A stretch of DNA of 64,000 nucleotides from Saccostrea echinata (lineage: Eukaryota). The position numbers were made by a program, and so were the translations under genes. The notes under the pieces were generated by a model that saw only the letters and a list, made by a program, of their open reading frames with translations, was not told the DNA's origin and made no database searches. The stretch is taken from the NCBI RefSeq assembly GCF_033153115.1, contig NW_026889758.1, forward strand, positions 18,414,001-18,478,000, in the 5' to 3' direction. Shown here one piece after another: positions 1 to 10,100 of the stretch. Every line of letters begins with the position of its first letter. Position 1 is the stretch's first letter.

Positions 1-147
1 GTCCTACGGGGCAGATATTTTAGAGAATACTGTACGAGAGCTTAAATTTGCCAGTCTGTCATTCAGACGGGATTAGAGTGTTAAATGGAGGTGTTACGTC
101 AGTATCAATCAAACAAATCACATTAAGAAGCAGGTTTGTATACTTAC

Positions 148-2171
148 CAGCGACTTGTTCAGAGGTTAAATTGTTCTATATGAATAAGTAAAAATATAGT
201 TTTTTTTCATGAATACGATTAATTGTTATGTGGTGGTATATTACAGACCCTACATAAATTATGTCTACATGCAAGATAAGTATTTCTACCAAATATTATG
301 TTGACATGCAAATTACCAAAGTTTTTACAAAATCTGATTTTAATATGGTTAAATTTTCTTATTAACACCTAGATCTGACATCATACTTGCAAGATGTAGA
401 TATTTATATCGACATGCAGCTTATTTATGTCAACATGTATCATAATTATGTTGTCACGCAAGTTATGTAGTTTATGCTCAAGTGCGAGTTAAATATTTTG
501 ACATGCAGCATACGTATGTCAACATGCAAATTAATAATTGTTTCAAGCAAGTTGATTATGTTGACATGTGACTAGTTTTATTGCATGTTTTTACAATTAA
601 CTTGCATTTCAACGTAATTATTGTTCATATTGACATAAAAAATAGTCGACATAATTTTTTCGCATGTCGACATAAATTAGTCGCATGCTAACATAATGTT
701 CTATGTCGACATAAATAACTTGCAACATCCAGGCTTTTTGATATCATTGACAGCTGCTTTTTCAATAAAAATGGAACTCGTAAATTTACTTACCTTGTCA
801 TTGGTCATTTGCAAAATTATTTTGTTAAAAAACACTCTGATTGTACACACAAGTACTCTGAAGTTGACATTAAAAAGATGCTTGAGTTTCTGATTGACAA
901 TATCTATGTGGTTTTTTTTTTTTTGGAGACCAGGTCTTCCAACAATCTGTTGGAATTCCCATGGGTACCAATTGCGCCCCGTTATTAGCAGACCTTTTTT
1001 TGTATTCATATGAAGCAGAATTTGTCCAAAATCTTGTACGTGAAAAGAAGAAAACACTTGCTGTGGCCTTCAACTCGACATTTAGATATATCGACGACGT
1101 ATTGTTAATTAACAATGGCTATTTCCATTCTTATGTCAATACGATATATCCCGGTGAGCTTGAGATTAAGGATACCACAGAGTCTGACACATCTGTTTCA
1201 TTTTTGGATATTTTACTTGAAAAAAGACGTTAATGGTAATCTTACAACCAAGCTGTATGATAAACGTGATGACTTTAACTTTTCAGTCGTCAACTTCGAT
1301 CCCTTACTTATGTAGCAATATACCTTCATCACCTGCATACAGGGTATGTATCTCTCAGTTGACTCGATACGCAAGAGCATGCCCTACGTATGTACAATTT
1401 CTAAAACGAGGTAAATTATTGACAAACAAGTTGATGAAACAAGAATATCAGCTGTCTCGTTTAAAGTCATCATTTCGTAAGTTCTGTGGTCGATACAATG
1501 ACCTTGTCAGCAAATACAATTTATCACCGAGTCAAATGCTGACTGACGTTTTTCATAGTAATTGTTAGGCCATTATTTACACACTGAATTGTCGATGGAT
1601 TTTTCCGTTATTTCCCGATCATGGCAAGGAGCACACGGCGGGTGTGACCGGTCGGCAGGGGATGCTCACTCCTCCATGGCACCTGATCCCACCTCTGATG
1701 TTTGGAGGTCCGTGTTTGCTATGCTCCTATTTTGTATTGTTTAATGGACTTTTTAGCTTGAATACTGTTCGTTATCTCCATATATTTCATTAGTAAGTAA
1801 ATTCAACAATATTAAAATCAGATTCTCTTAAATGATTGGTATCTTTCATGTTAATTCAATATCTTGCACGTAGACATAATTATCGTGCATGTTGACATGT
1901 TTTTTTTTTATTGCATGTTGACAGAATTTATCTTGTATGTAGGCGGCAGAAATATGTCACCATAGTGTCAAACACATTCATCACAGATACATGTATAAGG
2001 ATTGTGTTGTCTGACATAGTGTTTTGTTTGTCATTCAAGCAAATTCATGGTACCGCCAATGACAAAAATATAGTTTATGCACAAAGACAAGATTGGCTAA
2101 ATAAACATGTCTAACAGAGTCAAAGAAAACAAAGAAAAAGATTACAAATATAAGAATAAAAATCTTACCAT
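148..2171 (-). CDS. 5' part of a calmodulin-like (EF-hand) gene; continues beyond the left edge of the window
   Basis: Exon 1 is ATG|gtaag (2169-2171) next to a CCGGAA ETS-like motif. Exon 2 is 148-175, tag|AAC...GCT G|gtaagt, giving M-NNLTSEQVA-(E/D). This matches the calmodulin N-terminus MADQLTEEQIAE and its typical ATG-only first exon followed by a short phase-1 exon. Only 10 codons are visible. Confidence 0.65.
229..1964. mobile_element. MITE-like element with long imperfect TIRs and ATGTTGACAT/ATGTCAACAT internal repeats, interrupted by a Penelope-like insertion
   Basis: tgtggtggtatattacagaccctacata (229-256) is an imperfect inverted match of tatgtaggcggcagaaatatgtcaccata (1936-1964). 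About 260-360 also mirrors about 1795-1880. Confidence 0.7.
730..1790 (+). mobile_element. 5'-truncated, frameshifted Penelope-like retroelement (Naiad-like): RT C-terminal half plus 3' UTR
   Basis: Motifs QQSVGIPMGTNCAPLLADLFLYSYE, FRYIDD, FLD, KLYDKRDDF and SQLTRYARAC are spread over frameshifted ORFs 961-1568. The stop at 1568 is not preceded by a GIY-YIG domain. Confidence 0.9.
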
Positions 2172-3005
2172 TTTAACTTCAACCGGAAATGACAAATTTG
2201 TGTCCCTAAACCAAAACAAACCAGCATTTTGTCCTAGGTTTCATGTCTCTCCGACACCTCGAATTGTATATCAGTACTCTGCATGAAAAGACGGTATACA
2301 AATCATATTCATGATTGTATCAAAGTTTCAATGATATCTATATAACACATCTTGATATAGCCTACCCATAATGAGTTTGGCTTTATCTTTGTGGGAGAAG
2401 TCAAGGTTGAGGGGTTAGATTGTTTATGAACAATTTATTCTGGAAGCCCAGTCTCTAGCTGTGCTTTCAGGGCATTCCTGTCAACTGACATTGTATTTGT
2501 GCAACGTTATAGTGTTTTGAAGAGATGGCCTCCAGAAATTGAGCCGAAGGTCAGAAATGGTATTGAATGCGCACTCTTCGGTACTACAGACCTATATGTT
2601 GCCTTATTCTACTTCAACCTGATTAGATTATTTAAACCAATCTGCCAATGTCCCCTTCCATTCAAAAACTTTGGTATTTTTCCATGTGTCCATGCATACA
2701 ACTCATTTATGTTCTCAATTGCAAGAGACATCAAGATGTTTTCCCATCAAGATATCAAACATTAATTATTGGTTTAGTCTATACCTGTACTGATAATGAT
2801 ATTCCGCTGAACAATAGGTTATTCCTACGAAAGCACTAGTGTTCTCGTTAACACTAATTCACTGTCGCAAAACTTTCAAGGGCTGCTTCAAATTAAAAAA
2901 AAAAAAAAAGGCCACTTACCCTTTCGCTGAACATATCTACTGCTGTGCACAGAAGGGTTTAAAAATTTTGTATAAATAGAAAGATATGCAAAAGGTACTC
3001 ATGAA

Positions 3006-3012
3006 TTTTATA
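3006..3012 (-). promoter_or_regulatory. Candidate TATA box (TATAAAA) for an alternative first exon of the calmodulin-like gene
   Basis: TATAAAA on the minus strand about 70 nt upstream of ATG TTC AGC GAA AGG|gtaagt (2934-2920). Confidence 0.35.
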
Positions 3013-3506
3013 GTCATAAATCTGCAAATGAGCTGACCTGCCGCGATTATACTTCAATTATCGCCTTAGACCTTTAAGTAGGATTTGGGTAAAAGTACAA
3101 GACCGTGGAGAACAGATTTCCAGCATTTAAAATTAGAGTATGTGCGACGTTAAATATCTTTAAATTATAGGTGCAAAGCACAAGTTTGGAAGAAAGAAAT
3201 GAAAATGCTGATTGGTCATACATGTATATTAGATTGTAGTGATGTGGCATCATATAGATAATTGTCATATAAATCCTCTGATTTGCACTTAGAACTAAAT
3301 CAGATAAGTTAATATGCTTACAAGTAAATATAAAAAGAAAGTTAATATACACACTCTTAGTAAGTTTTTTGGGATTGTATGCATCTAAACCGATAATCCA
3401 AAATAACTGCATAATTACCATACATGCAATACTTGTAAGTAGAGCTTCATTCATCAAATTTATACCCACTATTTTTATACGTCATGTAAGTATATTGACG
3501 AATAAA

Positions 3507-3842
3507 TATCATGTATTATTGCTATTTTTTTTTAGGTCAATACGATGATTTAGACACCTGATGAGTACAATATTCACCGAGCCCGAAGGGCGAGGTAAAT
3601 ATATTGTACTCCGAAGGTGTCTAAATCATCGTATTGACCTCAAAAGAGAGCAATAATTGTTTTATTATATGATTATCTATTTTTGGTCCAATGTAGAATA
3701 AATAATTCCTTATATTGACCTGGAAATAATTCCTTATATTGACCTGGAAGGTCACGTGCAGGCCAATTTTAAGTAGTATTTTTTTAAACATCGATGAATC
3801 TCAGCCAATCAGAGAGATGGGAATTATTCAATCATATAATAA
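3507..3842. mobile_element. Non-autonomous hairpin-bearing element
   Basis: Near-perfect 107-bp palindrome at 3534-3640 centred on gcccGAAgggc; 24-bp tandem duplication near 3702-3749; CCAAT-containing end. Confidence 0.6.
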
Positions 3843-5964
3843 TGTTTTACATTTCTGGAAGTATGTCCATTGAGTAATCAGGCACTAAATTATTAGAATC
3901 TTGGACATTGTTTTTTATCTAGCTTTAGATTTAGTCATTAACTTTCTTGCTTTTAATATTATTGCTTCTTCTAATTGTACGTGTGGTCAGAATAAGGATG
4001 TTTTACATATATCGTTCATGTGTTTGTTACAGTTTGGCTCTCGGGTCCGAGTAAATGTATGTGAACCCAGTCAATAAATGTATCATTATGAACAGCTACT
4101 GCAAGACAAAATGTGTTATTTGATGTTAGGGGTTCACTCGAAGGAGAGTTAACTGTCATAACTCTTAGCTAAATATTAGATTTGAAATATTCATGTTATT
4201 TCCTATCCAAACATTTACGCTGGTTAGCAAATTTTCCAGTTTCGTGTATGAACAATATGACTAGTCTGGCTGTCACATTACAAAATGTTTTGATGTTGGA
4301 AATTCTGTACACTTCATGAACTCTTCTATGATTGTCTGCTTAGACGAAGTTTTACAAATCAATACCAAAAAAAGTATTCAATTGTGGTGAAAACGTTTCC
4401 TTGTCGCAGTAAAGAATTTATATATGTCTGGATCTTCTATGACCTTCGTATTGGGCACCTGAGAAAATAACTGTGCAGTAACAATTTGCATTGAATTTCG
4501 GGTCAATAATTTCTCATTGTTCCTGTGTTAATGTATCTATTAGTGGTATAATGTAAATTCATACATACATAGTCGTTATAGAGATATGCCGCAGTGCGAC
4601 ACCCGAAATATATATAGTGACATTGCCTCTCGGCCGGTGGCCTGATTATTTCCAATTGTGTACCCTTTATTGATCAGGATCTATAATTAAATAAAGGGAT
4701 TTTTTCTCTTAATCATATGGGCTAATTTAATTCTAATCTGTTTGTCGTCTTTGTCGTCTGTCAACAGAGTGAAGACGTCGTGTTAAGTTTCTTTTTTTTT
4801 TTTAAGCCGTAAAATATTTGGTTCCAGAGATAAATAAAAATTGACCTTTGGGAAGTATATGTATAGATTAACGTAACCCAATCGATGGATTTGATGCTTT
4901 GTTGTTTTTCTCTTGGAGAGCCTTCGAGGTGACCGTTCAATAACAACTAAGGGCAATTAAACAGACGATTGCCACTTAAAATGGTCCGCAGATGACAATT
5001 TGCGGCCAAAACCAATAGAAAATGACCATGGCTTGCTAAGTGGCTTGTCATATTTGGCTAAAATGGATTCGTTACTGAATTTGTCTATGTGTTTGATCGA
5101 GGATATTATGTCAGATACCCTGCTCCTTCGAAACATTTCTTTGTTTGTTCTAAGTTACCAGTATTGTTATACTTCTTTTATATAAATGTAAATCAATTTC
5201 TTTTAAATAAAAGATTAGGCTTGTTTAATCAATTAGAACTTCAATTAAAAGGGATTTTATTGCGGTCAAGGGTAACCGCTTGTGTCGCAATGCGACATTT
5301 CAGCAATCGGTTTATCGGGCAATCGATCTAAACGATCGATATCTCTCGATGTACTCCACTGATCGTACTGCATTGCGGCTTAAATTTGATCAAAGGAAGC
5401 CGAGACAACTTCTGAAGAAGTTCAATTGTTATTATAAATTTAACAGGGCAAAATTAAACATGATTTCAAATAAAACTTCAATCCAATAGCAAAGAATATT
5501 GTAACGAAAAAAGAGGAAGAAAAGAATAAGCAGTGTCTCATTTCATTAGATTAGTCGTATTTTCAATATACCTGATAAAAATTTGACTTTAAATAGCTAC
5601 TTTCTATGCATGCAAATATGTTTTGAGATTATGACTTCCAAAATCTCTCTTTGTAGCTATATCGTCCCTGAGAAAATACATGATCGCTTTTCCTTGTGTG
5701 CTTTCTTCTATTCTAAAAAGATAATGCAATCAAAAGAATTTTTTTGTCATATTATTATTATTATTACCCCTGTATTATGTTTATTATTTTTCAATTTTAT
5801 AATTCAATTGCATGTGACAAAATATTCAAAAAAAAATCAAAACATTGTATATAGCAGAAAAAAACAACAACAAATGTTTTTAACGTGCAGAAAATACACG
5901 TAAAATATTATCGTGCAGCAAAAAAAAAAACATAAAAAAAACTAGTGAGTATTATTATCATTGA

Positions 5965-6670
5965 AAAGCAGGGGCTGTATTGTGGTGGGGGTGTATATTC
6001 TTCCGTCCGTTTGTACGTCCGTCCGTTAAGCATTGGGGTACCCATCTCTTATCCGCAACTTCTCCAATACCAACGAATAACATTTAATTATACTTTCAAT
6101 ATAAAAAAAAAATATAATGATACTTTCAATTTTTATTACACAAAGCATGGACACTGTCATTCTTTCTATCGGGGGTACTCATTTCTTATCCGCAACTATA
6201 AAAATGATACTTTCACAGAATCTTTATTACAGATCGAGTGCCATTATGCACTTCCTGCTTTATATTTTGATCAGACATATATTTGGGATATCCCATGGCN
6301 NNNNNNNNNNNNNNNNNNNNNNNNNNNNNNNNNNNNNNNNNNNNNNNNNNNNNNNNNNNNNNNNNNNNNNNNNNNNNNNNNNNNNNNNNNNNNNNNNNNN
6401 NNNNNNNNNNNNNNNNNNNNNNNNNNNNNNNNNNNNNNNNNNNNNNNCCGTTTCTCTTATGATAACCATCCCTTATCCACTCAATGTAATATTAAATGAA
6501 ACTTTCACAAAATCTTTATTACATGTATAAAGTGGCATTGTACATCTTCTATTTTCCTTTCTATCCGACACATGGCAAAACATGGGCCCATGTCTTATCT
6601 GCAACTCCTCCTATACCACTAAATAAAATTTAATCACAAAATATTTATAACACAGTGCCATTGTGAACCT
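5965..6670 (+). mobile_element. Helentron-associated non-autonomous element fragment with internal tandem units (spans the gap)
   Basis: (ccgt)n microsatellite head followed by repeated cccatctcttatccgcaact...tttcacagaatctttattaca units. The same head occurs at about 22101-22280. Confidence 0.55.
6300..6447. other. Assembly gap (148 N)
   Basis: Run of N inside a tandem-repeat element. Confidence 1.
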
Positions 6671-6678
6671 TCTATCAA

Positions 6679-6995
6679 CTGGAATTAGTTGTTCATACTA
6701 CAACATTCTTTAAATGAGTGAAATGGTCATCTCATTGCCGCTAGAGAAACCAAAATCTTTCAAAAACCGATCATATGAACTTAATTTTCCGCCGAAATAT
6801 GGTTGAAATATTGCCGACTCGGTGCTAAGCACTAATCAATCAATTGATCTAACTAAACATCTGAAGAAAAGTCAGTAAGCTATTTTAGTTTTTTTTTTAA
6901 ATTAAAAAAAAATATTCATAAAAAAAATCTTTGCATTTATGAGATGACCATTTCACTCAGTTAAAGAATGTTGTGGTATGGACAACTGATTCCAG
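6679..6995. mobile_element. MITE with ~55-bp TIRs just upstream of ATXN3, containing a short SINE-like 3' tail
   Basis: ctggaattagttgttcatactacaacattctttaaatgagtgaaatggtcatctcat is mirrored at 6939-6995. A (caat)n-tailed fragment lies at about 6790-6845. Confidence 0.7.
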
Positions 6996-7193
6996 ACAAT
7001 GAAAGCAGCGTTTCGGTATGTATTTTTGTGCCATCTTCACCCATTTGCTATTTGAACACTCTTGGACTTTCACATACAGTCAAAACTGTCTTAGGGCCCA
7101 CAGCTTTTCTTATTAGGTATTTCAATCGGGATCGAAGTTCCTATTATTCGTAAACAATATGATTAGAAAAACTTGAGAGAGAAAAAAAGGGCT

Positions 7194-10100
7194 ATGGACG
7201 CAATATTTCACGAAGAAGTGAGTTATTTTGTCGTCTATTCTTTACGTTAACATAGACTACAAATAATTAAATTACAAGAATTTGTGACAGTTTAAATCTG
7301 GCAAAGGAAACCAGTCCTTATCAGCTGCTTATGAGATACTAGTTTCACATCTCGCAAAAATGCAATGTAAATAAAAATTACTTTAAATACTTAGGCCCAT
7401 CTCTTCGCTTACTCTCATGGAATTCTTATAGGTATAAAGTGTATTAAAGCTCATAGATGTAATAACATGTATAGTCCATACCCAGATTGCAGTCATCATA
7501 AAGGGGGTATGCCACACCAAAAATTTATTAAATGGATGCTTTTGACATATGATTTCCATTAAAAGACCAATATAAGCTCTTAATATTTTGCCCGAATTTG
7601 TTTATCAGAGAAAATGGAAAAATTGCATAGTTAATTTTTTTTTAAAGTTTTCCACCTGTTGAAAAAAAATCAGAACAAGTGCAATTTTGCATTGACATTA
7701 TAATAACTTGAAATTTTGCTGCTTCCAACAAAAGGCAGCATTCTTGGTTCAATTTTGGATACATGCAAACAGAATTAAATGTCAAAATCACAATCTATCA
7801 GTAGCACAATGTTTCTAGTACTCATCAGTATAGCTTTAATTATTCTTTTATAATAATAAACAGTCTGTTGAAAATATTTTATGAGACTGTTTACTAGGTT
7901 TCTTTTGATTTTGAGTATTTTGAAATCTTGCGACTCAGCGAGATTGGTATTGAAATGTGAAGTGATATTTTCTTTTATTTCCTATGTAAGCTTTGATTGG
8001 TTACAAAGTCGGGTGTAAATTTCCGTACACCGGACTTAAGCTGGGGGTAAAAAACCTGACATCACAATGCATAGTTCTTCTATGATAAAAAGCAAATGAC
8101 ATGACGTCATGATGCATATAGTAAAATCTTATCGATAGCTTGAAACAGTTGATTGGACTTGTTTACATGATTGACTTGATTTGGGTACGTAGGAAATAAA
8201 ATTGTTATCCAGGTTCCATCAAGGGTGTACGGGGATTTACCTTCGGCCTCAGGGTGTTTGGAATAAAACCTGGGGTAAATCCTCATACACCCTTGATGGA
8301 ACCTGGATAACTAGTATTAAGCAATACATTGTATTTGAGAGTACAAGAATCATTGTGTGTTAGACATTTAATTTGGATCACAAATATCAAAAAATAGAAT
8401 CCAGATGGAGGAGGCAAAATTTCCACTTTTCATAATGGCACAGGTTCTGAAATTTTCCTGGCACTTTAAACATCAAAAGCCTGGAAAATGTCAGATACTT
8501 CAGAGTCAGACTAGTTGCAAAAAAGGCATTTTGGATCTTGAAATTTACTGTTAATGTGTTTCAATCGAAACTGCTTTGTCATTCATTCATTACAAGCAAG
8601 TGCTAAATATACAATAATATGGGAATTCAAAATTAAAGTTTAAAAAATTGACTGAGGCAAATATCAAGTTTGCCAGGAATTTAATCAGTCATGGACTTAT
8701 GGGCATATGTTAATTTCCAGCCCTGCATCATATATAAATATTTTTAAGCATCATTATGTTATGTAGTGTATATTCAGGTTGGTTCAAAACATGACCCCAA
8801 GAATTTGTGATTTACCAGTGTCTCTCTCAAAAAATGTCAAGAAAGTTTTGACATTCTAAATATGGAGAAAATGATTTAGAAATATTTTGTTATTCATAAT
8901 GAGAGTGATAAAAAATTATTTCTACAATTTTCTTTATTTTACAGCAAGAGGGGTCATTATGTGCTCAGCATTGTTTAAATGCATTGCTACAGGGACAGTA
9001 TTTTAGTGCAGTTGACTTAGCAGACATTGCGCGTCAGCTTGATGAATCAGAGCGATTACAGATGGCAGAAGCTGGAACCCAGAGTATAGAGTATCAGAGA
9101 TTTATACAGGTCTGCTCAATATCTTTTTGTTAAGTTAAAAAGTTAAATCCTTCTGCGAGCCCTGAAACTCCTAAGGCTGTTGCTTTTACTGAAGTTTCTG
9201 TGGTGCTAAGCAGATGTGAGTCATTTACCCCCCCCCCCCCCCCCCCCCTGAATGGGACACCAGTTCATCACAGGTTAACCTCTGGTACCCACTGCAGCTG
9301 TGTGGACTGAGACAATGCAGATAAAGTGCCTTGTCTAAGGACACAACACTTAATTTTAATAGATATTTTTTGGATGCAAAGACAAAATGGACTCAATATT
9401 GTAATGATGCTAAATGTTTTGCTAGATATGTGATAATGTGTGATTTTTTTTTTTTTTTTTTTTTGAATGAGCTTTACAAATTTTGTCCTTTTCCTTTCTT
9501 TTAATTAGCAAGCTTCTTCCAACTTTGATGACAGTGGATTTTTCTCCATACAAGTCATAGACAAAGCATTACAAGTATGGGGGTTAAATGTAGTGCAGTA
9601 TAATTCTCAGGATACTATTGCAAGGGAAGCTCGACAGAACCCAGTGTGAGTAACTGAGTTTATTACAAAGAATACCTCTTGAAACTTTCTAAAGATCTTT
9701 TAGTTTCATACTGCTAGAAGTATAATTATATCTGTGAGGTATAGTGTGCCCTCATTTCAGTGCATGACATCCCCTCTCCCATACACGCTTAAACTTTAGA
9801 TAAGTGTGGCATGGGAAAAAATGTAGTGTATACGCATTGTATATGAACAAGCAATTCTTTGTTAAGTTTTGAAAAAATCAATATATGAAATATTAGAAAT
9901 TTCAGCTCAGGGGGCTAGAAAAAATTTATTTAATGTTCAAAGTTTGAAAAAAAATCAATTGACAGCTTTTCAGTTATAGAGGTAACTTTTGGAACTTTTC
10001 CTCCTCCCTCCCTCTATATTTCTTTTTCTCAAAAACTAGAATTCCCCCATATCCTACAAACATCTGATGTACCGGTAGTCTTGGAGTAATCAATAGGCAC

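Noticed and set aside
3558-3615. CTGATGAG...CGAA resembling a hammerhead ribozyme core
   Set aside because: There is no GAAA, stem III or NUH cleavage site; the bases sit in a simple two-arm hairpin.
5945-6530. Long ORFs of 184 and 137 aa
   Set aside because: They are artefacts of reading through the N gap within a repeat.
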